Of a stretch of DNA of 64,000 bases, positions 20,129-29,391 are shown one piece after another (position 1 is the stretch's first letter; each line of letters opens with the position of its first letter). The translations under genes were made by a program, and so were the position numbers. The notes beneath the pieces were generated by a model. It did no database searches, was not told the DNA's origin, and saw only the letters and a program-made list of their open reading frames with translations. Source of the stretch: Caulobacteraceae bacterium. GTDB taxonomy: Bacteria > Pseudomonadota > Alphaproteobacteria > Caulobacterales > Caulobacteraceae. Location: the NCBI GenBank assembly GCA_025450315.1, contig JANWHQ010000159.1:8429-72428 (forward strand), in the 5' to 3' direction.

Positions 20129-21157
20129 CTAGAGCCGCACCAGCCTCGGCTGGATGCTGTCCTCGTAGAGCTTGTCCCAGTCGTTCTTCAGGTCGGGATG
20201 GGTGACGCCCTTCGGCGGCTTGGGGCCGCCCGGGCCGAACGGATAGGCATAGCCCTTCAGCCCTTCGGCGGCGCCCTCGGCGCCGGCGGCCTGGGCCGCG
20301 TGCATCGCCTCCACCTTCGAGGCCAGGCTGGGGTGCCAAGGGGGCAGGGCGGCGCTGTCCAGCCGGTAGAAGCTCGAGGCCACGCGCCGGCCGTAGATCA
20401 CCTGATGCGGCACGGTGCGCCCGTCGCAGATCCACACGTCGCCCGGCTCGAACAGCACCATGTGGCGGGGGAACTGCTCGCGGCCGCGCGAGGCCCAGTT
20501 GCCGAACAGGCGCAGCGACAGCACCTGCAGCAGCGTCTCCAGCGGCTGGTCCCGCAGGGCGGCGAGCTCCAGCGTCTCGTAGTAGTGCGGGACGATCTGG
20601 CTGAGCTGGTGGGAGGTGTGCCAGATGCGCGGGATGTCATCCATGTTGAGGTAGAGCCGCACGGACTCGAAATCGGCGGAGTCCTTGTCGATGTCGAAGT
20701 GCAGGTTCTCGACCCGCGTCTCGGTGTGCCGCCAGATGATGTCGGTGGCCGAAGTCCGGTGGTGACGCAGGAGCTCGTCCAGCACCCGGCGGATACCCGA
20801 GTTCACCGCCCGCACCTCGCCTTCGAAACGGTGGAACAGCCCCGCGTCGCCGGCGAAGAGGTCGCGGCAGAGGGCCTTCTTGGCGTCGGACTTGGCCAGC
20901 GGCTTGTCGCGCTCGACCACCTTGGAGGGGAACTTCTTGAAGTACCAGGTGGGCGGGAAGCTCACCTTGGAGATGAAGTCCTGGTCGTAGTCGATCCGGA
21001 CGTTGCGCAGCAGGATGCACTTCTCGCCGACATAGTCCTGCATGACCTGCCGGCGCAGGTCCGCCGGGCCGCCGTCGCAGGGCGAGCCCGCCACCTCGGC
21101 GAAGTCGTATTCGACGAAGTAGTCGCCGATCTCGGGATGAAGATAGACCTGGGTCAT
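20129..21157 (-). CDS. hypothetical protein; candidate Fe(II)/2-oxoglutarate-type oxygenase (HxD...H)
   Basis: 342-aa ORF with good coding character. It has a candidate facial triad H153-F-D155 (ENLHFDID) and H251 (RTVPHQVIYGRR). The family call is tentative. Confidence 0.6.
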   Translation of the reverse strand: MTQVYLHPEIGDYFVEYDFAEVAGSPCDGGPADLRRQVMQDYVGEKCILLRNVRIDYDQDFISKVSFPPTWYFKKFPSKVVERDKPLAKSDAKKALCRDLFAGDAGLFHRFEGEVRAVNSGIRRVLDELLRHHRTSATDIIWRHTETRVENLHFDIDKDSADFESVRLYLNMDDIPRIWHTSHQLSQIVPHYYETLELAALRDQPLETLLQVLSLRLFGNWASRGREQFPRHMVLFEPGDVWICDGRTVPHQVIYGRRVASSFYRLDSAALPPWHPSLASKVEAMHAAQAAGAEGAAEGLKGYAYPFGPGGPKPPKGVTHPDLKNDWDKLYEDSIQPRLVRL

Positions 21158-21263
21158 GGACGGCGCGGACTCTGACGCTGGCCCACGGCCAAGGTCAACG
21201 GCGGGGCGGCATCACTTCCGTTGCGGGCCGAACGGGGCCATGTCATGAACCCCGCGCCGAAGA

Positions 21264-21340
21264 CGGGGCGTAGCGCAGCCTGGTAGCGCATCTGCTTTGG
21301 GAGCAGAGGGTCGCGTGTTCGAATCACGCCGCCCCGACCA
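21264..21340 (+). tRNA. tRNA-Pro (anticodon TGG)
   Basis: Cloverleaf with acceptor CGGGGCG/CGCCCCG, anticodon arm TCTGC-TTTGGGA-GCAGA, T arm GCGTG-TTCGAAT-CACGC and encoded CCA. Confidence 0.92.
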
Positions 21341-21372
21341 TCGGCGGCAGGAGAGCGAAGAGGGAAGGCGGC

Positions 21373-21678
21373 ATGCTCGCGCGGATCTACAAGCCGGCCA
21401 AGACGGCCATGCAGTCGGGCAAGGCCAGAACCCGCGACTGGGTGCTGGAGTTCGAGCCCGCCACCGCGCGCGTGCCCGACCCCCTGATGGGCTGGACCAG
21501 CTCGACCGACATGAACGGGCAGGTGCGCCTGGAATTCGAGACCCGGGACGAGGCGGTCGCCTACGCCCAGAGCAACGGCATCGCCTTCCAGCTGTTCGAG
21601 CCCAGGGAGCACAAACTGATCCTCAAGGCCTATGCGGATAACTTCTCGGTGGATCGCAAGGAGCCCTGGACCCACTAG
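21373..21678 (+). CDS. ETC complex I subunit conserved-region protein (NDUFS4-like)
   Basis: 101-aa ORF starting [29 protein letters not shown], with DPLMGWTSS and KAYADNF motifs. Confidence 0.85.
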   Translation: MLARIYKPAKTAMQSGKARTRDWVLEFEPATARVPDPLMGWTSSTDMNGQVRLEFETRDEAVAYAQSNGIAFQLFEPREHKLILKAYADNFSVDRKEPWTH

Positions 21679-21697
21679 CCCAGGCTTCCGGCGAAGG

Positions 21698-21774
21698 GCG
21701 CCCTTAGCTCAGCTGGATAGAGCATCTGCCTTCTAAGCAGAGGGTCGCAGGTTCGAGTCCTGCAGGGCGCGCCA
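21698..21774 (+). tRNA. tRNA-Arg (anticodon TCT)
   Basis: Cloverleaf with acceptor GCGCCCT/AGGGCGC, anticodon arm TCTGC-CTTCTAA-GCAGA, T arm GCAGG-TTCGAGT-CCTGC and encoded CCA. Confidence 0.92.
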
Positions 21775-21807
21775 TCCTCATCTTGTCCGCTTTCACGCCG
21801 ACCAAGA

Positions 21808-22968
21808 CTATCCCCGAGCGGCGTTGAACGCCGCGAGCCCCCGCTTCAGGTCCTCGATCAGGTCGCCCGGATCCTCCAGGCCCACGTGCAGGCGCATCAA
21901 CGGGCCGCCGTAGTCTTCCAGGTCCGCGCCCGTGCGGCGCTGGGGGTCGCAGCTGATGGCCAGGCTTTCGTGGCCGCCCCAGGAGAAGCCGAGGCCGAAG
22001 AGGTCGAGCGCATCCAGGAAGGCGTTGACCGCCGCTTCCGGCGCTGGCCGGAAGACGAAGGCGAAGAGGCCGCAGGCGCCGGTGTAGTCGCGGGCCCACA
22101 GCTCGTGGCCGCGGGCGCCGGGCAGGGCCGGGTGGATCACCTCGCGGACCTCGGGCTGCTGGCTGAGCCAGAGCGCGACCTCGAGGCCGCTGTCGCCGTG
22201 CCGCTTCAGGCGGGTGGGCAGGGTCCTGAGCCCGCGCAGCATCAGATAGGCGTCCTCGGGCGAGACCGACCAGCCGATGTCGTGCATGGCCGCGTCGAGC
22301 AGCTTCAGCATGGCGGCGTCGCGCGCCGCGGCCGAGCCCATGAACACGTCCGAGTGGCCGCCCATGTACTTGGTCAGGGCCTGGACGCTGATGTCGACGC
22401 CGTGGGCGATCGGCTTGAACAGCAGCCCCGCGCCCCAGGTGTTGTCCATCACCGTCAGCACGCCCCGCTCGCGCGCGCCCGAGGCGATGGCGGCGACGTC
22501 CTGCATCTCGAAGCTGAGCGAGCCGGGGGATTCCACCACGATCACCCGCGTCCTATCGGTGACCATGGCCATCAGCCCGGCCGCCGGCATTGTCTGGGGG
22601 TAGTAGGTCGTCTTCACGCCGAAGCGCTTCAGCACCCCGTCGCAGAACTTGCGGGTGGGGCGATAGACGTGCTGGCAGACCAGCATCTCGTCCCCCGCCT
22701 TCAGCAGCGCCAGCAGCACCCCGGTCATGGCCGCCAGGCCCGAGGGGAACAGCTTCGCCCCGACCCCGCCCTCCAGTTCGGCGATCGCGTCGCAGAGGGC
22801 GCTGCGCACCGCCAGGGAGTCGCGGCCGTAGAGCACCTGGCTGGAGTCGTAGAGCGAGGCGGCGTCGGGCAAGAGCACGGTGGAAGCGCGCTGGATCGGT
22901 GGATTGACCGTCCGCGCCAGGGGCCTCTCCTCGGCGCCGGCGCGGATGACGCGGGTGGTGTCCTTCAT
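21808..22968 (-). CDS. metC: cystathionine beta-lyase (Cys/Met-metabolism PLP enzyme)
   Basis: I prefer the internal ATG at 22968 (MKDTTRVIRAG...). The PLP-Lys region is QALTKYMGGHSD. An upstream ATG at 23013 is also possible. Confidence 0.85.
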   Translation of the reverse strand: MKDTTRVIRAGAEERPLARTVNPPIQRASTVLLPDAASLYDSSQVLYGRDSLAVRSALCDAIAELEGGVGAKLFPSGLAAMTGVLLALLKAGDEMLVCQHVYRPTRKFCDGVLKRFGVKTTYYPQTMPAAGLMAMVTDRTRVIVVESPGSLSFEMQDVAAIASGARERGVLTVMDNTWGAGLLFKPIAHGVDISVQALTKYMGGHSDVFMGSAAARDAAMLKLLDAAMHDIGWSVSPEDAYLMLRGLRTLPTRLKRHGDSGLEVALWLSQQPEVREVIHPALPGARGHELWARDYTGACGLFAFVFRPAPEAAVNAFLDALDLFGLGFSWGGHESLAISCDPQRRTGADLEDYGGPLMRLHVGLEDPGDLIEDLKRGLAAFNAARG

Positions 22969-22981
22969 CGCGCCCCGACTC

Positions 22982-23833
22982 TCATGACCCCGTGACGACA
23001 GGCGCCTCGGCATGGGCGCCCCATTCGGTCCAGGATCCGTCGTAGACCGCCGCGTTCCAGTGGTTCAGCCGCGCCAGCCCCAGCGCGGCCAGGGAGGCGG
23101 CGATGCCCGAGCCGCAGCTGGTCACCACCGCGCCGCTCAGGTCGACGCCGGCCCTGGCGAAGGTCTCGGCGAGGCCCTCGGCGGACTTCAGCCGCCCCTC
23201 GGCGTCCATCAGCTCGCCGATCGGCAGGTTGACCGCGCCGGGCATGTGGCCGGCCCGGAGGCCCGCGCGGGGCTCGGGCGCGGCGCCCCGGAAGCGTTCG
23301 GCCGAGCGCACGTCGACGATCTGCTCGGAGTGCTGCTCCAGCGCCCGCCACACCTGCATCAGGTTGCGCACCAGCTCCGGGTGGGTGGTCAGCACCGCGA
23401 AGTCGCCGGCGGCGGGCGGAGCGGCTGGGCCGTGCTCCAGCGGGCGGCCCTCGCGGGTCCAGGCCGGCAGGCCGCCGTCCAGCACGAACACCTTGCCGTG
23501 GCCGAACAGGCGGAAGGTCCACCATACCCTGGGCGCCGAGAACAGCCCGGCCTGGTCGTAGACCACAACCGTGTCCTCGCCGCCGATGCCCAGCTCCCCC
23601 ACCTCGAAGGCGAACTGTTCGGGCTCGGGCGCCATGTGGGGCAGGGGCGAGGTCTTGTCGCAGATCTCGTCGATGGAGAAGAACTGCGCGCCGGGGATGT
23701 GGGCGGCCTCGAAGCCCACGATCGGATCGCGCGGATCGCCGGGCAGAAACCAGCTGGCGTCCAGCACCTTCACGCGCGTGTCGCCGAGGTGCTCGTGCAG
23801 CCACTCGGTGGAGACCAGGGGATCGTCGGGCAT
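22982..23833 (-). CDS. sseA: 3-mercaptopyruvate sulfurtransferase (tandem rhodanese)
   Basis: Internal ATG at 23833 gives MPDDPLVSTEWLHEHL... (283 aa). The active-site loop is CGSGIAAS. Confidence 0.85.
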   Translation of the reverse strand: MPDDPLVSTEWLHEHLGDTRVKVLDASWFLPGDPRDPIVGFEAAHIPGAQFFSIDEICDKTSPLPHMAPEPEQFAFEVGELGIGGEDTVVVYDQAGLFSAPRVWWTFRLFGHGKVFVLDGGLPAWTREGRPLEHGPAAPPAAGDFAVLTTHPELVRNLMQVWRALEQHSEQIVDVRSAERFRGAAPEPRAGLRAGHMPGAVNLPIGELMDAEGRLKSAEGLAETFARAGVDLSGAVVTSCGSGIAASLAALGLARLNHWNAAVYDGSWTEWGAHAEAPVVTGS

Positions 23834-23835
23834 GA

Positions 23836-24855
23836 TCAGAGCCAATCCGGATATGGCAGGCCGCGTTCCTTGAGGAACTCGGGATTGAACAGCTTGCCCT
23901 GGTAGCGCTGGCCGAGGTCGGCCAGGATGGTGACGACGGTCTTGCCGGGGCCCAGCTCGCGCGCCAGGCGGATGGCGCCAGCGACATTCACGCCCGACGA
24001 ACCGCCCAGGCACATGCCTTCGTGCTGGACCAGGTCGTAGACGATCTCCAGCGCCTCGGGATCGGGGATCTGGCAGCTGAAGTCCAGGTCCAGGCCCTCG
24101 AGGTTGCCGGTCACCCGGCCCTGGCCGATGCCTTCGGTGATCGACGAGCCCTCGGCCTTCAGCTCGCCGGCCGAATACCAGTTGAACAGGGCCGAGCCCA
24201 GCGGGTCGGCCAGGCCGATCTTGATGTCGGGCTTGCGCTCGCGCAGCGCCATGGCCACCCCGGCCAGGGTGCCGCCCGAGCCCACCGCGCAGATGAAGCC
24301 GTCGACCTTGCCCTCGGACTGGGCCCAGATCTCGGGGCCCGTGGTCTCGTAGTGGCCCTGGCGGTTGGCGACGTTGTCGAACTGGTTGGCCCAGACCGCG
24401 CCGTTAGGCTCGGTCTTCGCCCGTTCCTCGGCCAGGGTCCCGGAATAGCGGACGTAGTTGCCGGGATTGGCGTAGGGGACCGCGTCCACCTCGATCAGCT
24501 CGGCGCCCAGAAGGCGCAGGGCGTCCTTCTTCTCCTGGCTCTGGGTGCGCGGGATGACGATGGTGGACCGGTAGCCCAGCGCCTTGCCGACCATGGTCAG
24601 GCCGATGCCGGTGTTGCCGGCGGTGCCCTCCACGATCAGGCCGCCGGGCTTCAGAAGGCCCCGCCGCTCGGCGTCGCGGATGATCGCCAGGGCCGCGCGG
24701 TCCTTGACCGACTGGCCGGGGTTCATGAACTCGGCCTTGCCCCAGATCTCGCAGCCGGTGAGCTCGGACGCGCGTCTCAGACGGATCAGGGGGGTGTCGC
24801 CGATGGCCTCGATGACGCTCGGGCGAACGGTGCGGGGGAGAACTTGGCTTGCCAT
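23836..24855 (-). CDS. cysteine synthase / cystathionine beta-synthase-like PLP enzyme (CysK family, no CBS domains)
   Basis: ATG at 24855 (339 aa). Motifs are [13 protein letters not shown] (PLP Lys), [11 protein letters not shown] and GSGGTLAG. Its stop lies 2 nt from the sseA start. Confidence 0.85.
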   Translation of the reverse strand: MASQVLPRTVRPSVIEAIGDTPLIRLRRASELTGCEIWGKAEFMNPGQSVKDRAALAIIRDAERRGLLKPGGLIVEGTAGNTGIGLTMVGKALGYRSTIVIPRTQSQEKKDALRLLGAELIEVDAVPYANPGNYVRYSGTLAEERAKTEPNGAVWANQFDNVANRQGHYETTGPEIWAQSEGKVDGFICAVGSGGTLAGVAMALRERKPDIKIGLADPLGSALFNWYSAGELKAEGSSITEGIGQGRVTGNLEGLDLDFSCQIPDPEALEIVYDLVQHEGMCLGGSSGVNVAGAIRLARELGPGKTVVTILADLGQRYQGKLFNPEFLKERGLPYPDWL

Positions 24856-24960
24856 GAATGGGGCGACGCTAAGGCCTCGGCCAAGGCCGCGCAAGGCCGC
24901 CGCGCTTGCCTGGGCCGCGGGCGCAAGCTAGGCGAGGGACCCCTCTCGGGAGCGGAGCGG

Positions 24961-25818
24961 ATGCAGCCCAACGCCATCGTCGAAGTCCAGGCCCCCGGCG
25001 GCGCCGCCGTGCGCATCGGCAACGGCCTGCCGCTGACCATCATCGCCGGTCCCTGCGCCATGGAGAGCCGCGCCCATGCGCTGGAGACGGCCCAGGCGTT
25101 GAAGGAGATCGCCGGCCGGCTGGGGATCGGGCTGATCTACAAGACCTCGTTCGACAAGGCCAACCGCACCTCGGGGCGGGGCGCCAGGGGCGTCGGCCTG
25201 AACGCCGCCCTGCCGGTGTTCGCCGAAATCCGCGAGAGCCTGGGGATGCCCACCCTGACCGACGTGCACGCGGCCGATCAGTGCGCCGCCGTCGCCGAGG
25301 CGGTGGACGTGCTGCAGATCCCCGCCTTCCTGAGCCGCCAGACCGACCTGCTGGTCGCCGCCGCCCGGACCGGCCGTGCCGTCAACGTCAAGAAGGGCCA
25401 GTTCCTCGCCCCCTGGGACATGAAGAACGTCATCGCCAAGGTGACCGAGGCCGGCAATCCCAACGTCATGGCCTGCGAGCGCGGGGTCTCGTTCGGCTAC
25501 AACACCCTGGTGTCCGACATGCGGGCCTTGCCGATCATGGCCGAGATCGGCTGTCCGGTGGTGTTCGACGCCACCCATTCGGTGCAGGAGCCGGGCGGCC
25601 AGGGGCAATCCTCGGGCGGCCGGCGCGAGTTCGTGCCGGTGCTGGCCCGCGCGGCGGTGGCCGTGGGCGTGGCCTGCGTCTTCATGGAAACCCACCCCGA
25701 CCCCGACAGCGCCCCCTCGGACGGCCCCAACATGGTGCCGCTGAAGGACTTCGAGCCCCTGCTGGCCGAGCTGATGGCCTTCGACGCCCTGGCCAAGCGC
25801 CGCCGGGCCCTGGGGTGA
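24961..25818 (+). CDS. kdsA: 3-deoxy-8-phosphooctulonate synthase
   Basis: ATG at 24961 inside ORF 24022..25818 (285 aa). Motifs are [26 protein letters not shown] and DATHSVQ. Confidence 0.93.
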   Translation: MQPNAIVEVQAPGGAAVRIGNGLPLTIIAGPCAMESRAHALETAQALKEIAGRLGIGLIYKTSFDKANRTSGRGARGVGLNAALPVFAEIRESLGMPTLTDVHAADQCAAVAEAVDVLQIPAFLSRQTDLLVAAARTGRAVNVKKGQFLAPWDMKNVIAKVTEAGNPNVMACERGVSFGYNTLVSDMRALPIMAEIGCPVVFDATHSVQEPGGQGQSSGGRREFVPVLARAAVAVGVACVFMETHPDPDSAPSDGPNMVPLKDFEPLLAELMAFDALAKRRRALG

Positions 25819-25909
25819 TCCGGCGCAGCCCAGGTTTATGTCGCCCCCGACGCATGTCTGCCGTAATTGTCGCGGAGGCTAAGGTTCAGTCCGGCCCAGG
25901 AGTGATCTG

Positions 25910-26440
25910 ATGAGTCTCCGCCTGCTGCTCCTGGCCGCGAGCGTCATGGCCCTGTCCGGCTCGGCCGTGGCCGCCGACTCCGGGTCCGGCTCGGACGCCG
26001 CCCCGGTGAGCACCGCCTCGCAGGACACCGACCACAAGATCGCCGCCTGGCTGGGCGACACCTCCGACACCCGCCAGCTGCCGGCCGCCAAGAGCCCGTC
26101 GGACGAACCGATTCGCTATCCCGACCAGGGCAAGCCCGACCGCAAGATCCACGGCGAGGTCGGCGCGGGCGTGGGCTCGGACGGCTACCGCAGCGCCTAT
26201 GGCGTGGCGACCATCCCCATCGGCAAGTCGAGCTCGGCGACCATCGCCGTCTCGACCATCCCCGGCCGCGTCCCCTGGGTCGCCGGCGCGCCCTGGTCGG
26301 TCGGCCCCGCCGGCGCCGGGATCAGCGCCGACTGCGTCTGCCACGAGGCGCCCGACGGCCAACAGGTGTGCCGTGTCGCCAGCGCCGCCTCGCCGCTGGA
26401 CGCCCAGCTGGCCGAAGGGGCCTGCCTGGGCGCGCCCTGA
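25910..26440 (+). CDS. hypothetical exported protein
   Basis: 176-aa ORF with a signal peptide (MSLRLLLLAASVMALSGSAVAAD) and a Cys-containing C-terminus. I recognise no family. Confidence 0.5.
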   Translation: MSLRLLLLAASVMALSGSAVAADSGSGSDAAPVSTASQDTDHKIAAWLGDTSDTRQLPAAKSPSDEPIRYPDQGKPDRKIHGEVGAGVGSDGYRSAYGVATIPIGKSSSATIAVSTIPGRVPWVAGAPWSVGPAGAGISADCVCHEAPDGQQVCRVASAASPLDAQLAEGACLGAP

Positions 26441-26475
26441 TCCCGGCGCGGCCTCCGGCATGACGGGCCGCTGCT

Positions 26476-27906
26476 TCAGGCCGCCGGGCTCCAGCCCAGC
26501 ACCGACTTCAGCTCCAGGAACTCCGAGAAGGCGTAGTCGCCGAACTCGCGGCCGTTGCCCGACTGTTTGTAGCCGCCGAAGGGCACGTTGAGGTCGAGGC
26601 CCGCGTTGTTCAGGCTGATGTAGCCGGCGCGGATCTCGCGGCCGACGGCGCGGGCCTTGTCGATGTCGGCGCTCTGCACATAGCCGGCCAGGCCGTAGTC
26701 GGTGTCGTTGCCGATCTCGATGGCCTCGTCCAGGGTGTCGTAGCCCAGGATGCAGAGCACCGGGCCGAAGATCTCTTCGCGCGCCACGGCCATGTCGTTG
26801 GTGACGCCAGCCAGGATGGTCGGCTTGACGAAATAGCCGGTCTCCAGCCCCTCGGGCTTGCCGAGGCCGCCCGTCACCACCGTCGCACCGGCGTCCATGC
26901 CCTTGCGGATCAGGCCCTGGACCTTGTTCCACTGGGCCTCGGAGACCACCGGCCCCATGCGGGCGTTGCCGGTGGGATCGCCGGGCGTCCAGGTCTCGGC
27001 CACCTGCTTGGCGATGGCGCAGACCTGGTCCATCAGCGTGTTGGGCGCCAGCATGCGCGTGGGCGCGCGGCACGACTGCCCGGAGTTCTGCATCACCGCG
27101 TTGACGCTGCCGGTGATGGCCGGGGTGAGGTCGGCGTCCTCCAGCACGATGTTGGGCGACTTGCCCCCCAGCTCCTGGTGCACGCGCTTGAGGGTGGGGG
27201 CGGCGGCCTTGGCGACCTCGATGCCCGCGCGGGTCGAGCCGGTGATCGAGACCATGTCGACGTCCGGATGGGCCGACAGGGCCGCGCCGACCACGGGGCC
27301 TTCGCCCTGGACCAGGTTGAAGACGCCGGGCGGCGTTCCCGCCGCCTCGAGGATCTCGGCGAAGATCTGGCCCGAGAAGGGGGCGATCTCGGAGGGTTTC
27401 AAGACCACGGTGCAGCCCACCGCCAGGGCCGGTGCGACCTTGGCGCAGATCTGGTGGATCGGCCAGTTCCAGGGGGTGATGAAGCCGCAGACGCCGATCG
27501 GCTCCTTCAGTATGCGGCTGGTCCCGCGGTCCTCCTCGAAGGCGTAGCGCTCGAGCACGCCGATGGCCGACTTGAAGTGGTTGACGCCGATGGGCGCCTG
27601 GGTGCCCTGGGCCAGCCAGGCAGGGGCGCCCATCTCCTGGGTGATGGCTTCGCCCATGTCGCCGACGCGGGCCTGGAAGGCCTCGACGATGCGGTTCAAG
27701 AGCGTCAGCCGGTCTTCCCGCGAGGACTTGCGCCAGGTCTTGAACGCCGTCTTGGCCGCGGCGACGGCGCGGTCCACGTCGGCGGCGGAGCCCGCGCTGA
27801 CGCGGCCGCAGACCTCCTCGGTCGCCGGATTGATGACGTCGATGGTGCGGGGCTGGGCGGGCAGGATCCACTGGCCGCCGATGTAGAACTTCAGATGCTC
27901 GCGCAT
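26476..27906 (-). CDS. NAD(P)-dependent aldehyde dehydrogenase
   Basis: 476-aa ORF with ITPWNWP, ELGGKSP and a catalytic Cys region (NSGQSCRAPTR). Confidence 0.9.
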   Translation of the reverse strand: MREHLKFYIGGQWILPAQPRTIDVINPATEEVCGRVSAGSAADVDRAVAAAKTAFKTWRKSSREDRLTLLNRIVEAFQARVGDMGEAITQEMGAPAWLAQGTQAPIGVNHFKSAIGVLERYAFEEDRGTSRILKEPIGVCGFITPWNWPIHQICAKVAPALAVGCTVVLKPSEIAPFSGQIFAEILEAAGTPPGVFNLVQGEGPVVGAALSAHPDVDMVSITGSTRAGIEVAKAAAPTLKRVHQELGGKSPNIVLEDADLTPAITGSVNAVMQNSGQSCRAPTRMLAPNTLMDQVCAIAKQVAETWTPGDPTGNARMGPVVSEAQWNKVQGLIRKGMDAGATVVTGGLGKPEGLETGYFVKPTILAGVTNDMAVAREEIFGPVLCILGYDTLDEAIEIGNDTDYGLAGYVQSADIDKARAVGREIRAGYISLNNAGLDLNVPFGGYKQSGNGREFGDYAFSEFLELKSVLGWSPAA

Positions 27907-28018
27907 GATCCCTCCTGGCGGGAGGGTCTTAGAGGGTTTTCACCGCGCCGGGGAAGCCCAAGCGAACGGAACCGAAGCTGGCGCGGCCCGCCGGGGCCAG
28001 CCGCGCCGCGGCTCCAGG

Positions 28019-28435
28019 CTAGTGGTGGTGGCCGCCGCCGCCATGGCCGCCGTGACCGCCATGGTCGCCGCCGCCACGACCGCCACGGTCCCCGCCGCCC
28101 TGACCGCCATAGTGGCCGCCCTCGTAGCGGCCGCCGCCGTAGTGGCCGTCGCGATGACCGTAGTCGCGGCCGCCGCCACCGCGGCGGCTCCAGCCGTTCC
28201 AGCCGTAGACGCCGCCCCAGCCGTAGCCGCGGCGCCAGCCATAGCCGCACCAGTACCAGCCCGGACCGTGCCAGCCGCCGTCGTACCAGCAGTAGCGATG
28301 GCCGCCGTAGTTATAGATGCCGATGCCGCCGGGGCCGATGACGATGGCCTGGGCGCTGGCGACCTGCGGAATGGCCGCCGCCCCGCCGGCCGCGGTGGCC
28401 AGCGCGAGGGATGCTGCAAGCAAGGCGCGTTTCAT
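28019..28435 (-). CDS. exported Gly/Trp/Tyr-rich protein with a His-rich C-terminus
   Basis: 138-aa ORF. It has a signal peptide (MKRALLAASLALATAAGGAAAIPQVASAQA), a G/W/Y-rich core with two Cys, and the tail GGGDHGGHGGHGGGGHHH. Confidence 0.55.
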   Translation of the reverse strand: MKRALLAASLALATAAGGAAAIPQVASAQAIVIGPGGIGIYNYGGHRYCWYDGGWHGPGWYWCGYGWRRGYGWGGVYGWNGWSRRGGGGRDYGHRDGHYGGGRYEGGHYGGQGGGDRGGRGGGDHGGHGGHGGGGHHH

Positions 28436-28523
28436 GGAGAGTCTCCCGTGTTGTCCAGTCTCAGCTAAAACGCAGAAGCGGGCCGAGGGTTGGGCCCCTG
28501 GGGCTGAACCGCGCCTGAACGGA

Positions 28524-29273
28524 TCAGATGAGTCCGAGGGCCCTGAAGCTGGCGACGCCCTGGAGGCCCACCACCAGATGGTCGTGCACCGAGAGGTTCA
28601 GGGTGCGGCAGGCCGAGATCACCTGTCGTGTCATGTCCACGTCGGCCTGGGAAGGGCTGGGATCGCCCGAGGGGTGGTTGTGCACCAGGATCACCGCCGA
28701 GGCCGCCAGCTCCAGCGCCCGACGGGCCACCTCGCGCGGATAGACCGGGGCATGGTCGACCGTGCCCTGGTTCATCACCTCGTCGGCGATCAGCTGGTTC
28801 TTCTTGTCCAGGAACAGCACGCGGAACTGCTCGCGCGGCTCGTGCGCCAGGGCCAGCTTGACGTAGGCCAGAAGCGCGCTCCACGAGCCGATGACGGTGC
28901 GTTTCTGCATGCAATCCAGACCCATGCGCTGGGCCAGTTCATGCACCAGCTTCAGGTCGAGCGCCGCCTGGGGACCGATCCCGCGCACGGTGCAGAGATC
29001 CTCGACCGAGGCCGACAACACGCCCTGCAGCGTGCCGAAGCGGGTGATCAGGGCCTTGGCCAGCGGCTTGACGTCGCCGCGCGGGAACGAGCGGAACAGG
29101 TAGAGCTCCAGCGCCTCGTAGTCGGCCAGGGCCGCGAACCCCGCGTTCAGCGCCCGCTCGCGCAGCCGCTCGCGATGGCCGAGGTGATGCGGCCTGGGCT
29201 GTGCCGGCGCGGCCGGCGGCGCGAACAGCTGCGCGCCGCTCCAGGCCTCCCGCACCTCGCCCGAATCCGCCAT
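28524..29273 (-). CDS. radC: RadC-family JAB/MPN domain protein
   Basis: 249-aa ORF with an HhH region (DLCTVRGIGPQAA) and the JAMM motif HNHPSGDPSPSQAD. Confidence 0.9.
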   Translation of the reverse strand: MADSGEVREAWSGAQLFAPPAAPAQPRPHHLGHRERLRERALNAGFAALADYEALELYLFRSFPRGDVKPLAKALITRFGTLQGVLSASVEDLCTVRGIGPQAALDLKLVHELAQRMGLDCMQKRTVIGSWSALLAYVKLALAHEPREQFRVLFLDKKNQLIADEVMNQGTVDHAPVYPREVARRALELAASAVILVHNHPSGDPSPSQADVDMTRQVISACRTLNLSVHDHLVVGLQGVASFRALGLI

Positions 29274-29321
29274 GGCCCGCTCCGAGAACGCCGCATCATG
29301 TTCGTTATTTGTTCCGCCGGC

Positions 29322-29329
29322 AAGGGGCG
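29322..29329. repeat. left copy of the 8-bp target-site duplication AAGGGGCG
   Basis: Identical octamer at 32370..32377. Each copy directly abuts the outer end of a terminal inverted repeat. Confidence 0.85.
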
Positions 29330-29354
29330 GGCGATGTTACACTTGACAAACCAG
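29330..29354 (+). repeat. left terminal inverted repeat (IRL) GGCGATGTTACACTTGACAAACCAG
   Basis: The reverse complement of 32345..32369 is GGCGATGTTACACTTCGCAAACTAG. The first 15 nt are identical and 22 of 25 match overall. Confidence 0.85.
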
Positions 29355-29391
29355 CCTCAAGATATAGGTTGGGCGTCAAGGAGTTACGCCC

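Noticed and set aside
20126-20131. Back-to-back stop codons TAG|CTA of convergent genes form a 6-bp palindrome with zero intergenic spacing.
   Set aside because: This is a curiosity only. No hairpin or repeat lies around it, and such tight convergent junctions occur by chance in compact genomes.
21264-21774. Two tRNA genes (Pro, Arg) flanking a small gene, considered as a possible genomic-island integration hotspot.
   Set aside because: There is no integrase, no direct repeat of a tRNA 3' end and no GC shift. The enclosed gene is a conserved NDUFS4-like housekeeping protein.
27905-28468. Ala-rich ORFs (187 aa on the plus strand; 159 aa on the minus strand in another frame) overlapping the Gly-rich gene.
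   Set aside because: They are alternative-frame products of the same GGC/GCC-rich repeat. Neither has a start context or signal peptide, and the frame beginning MKRALLAASLALA is the only one with a recognisable N-terminus.
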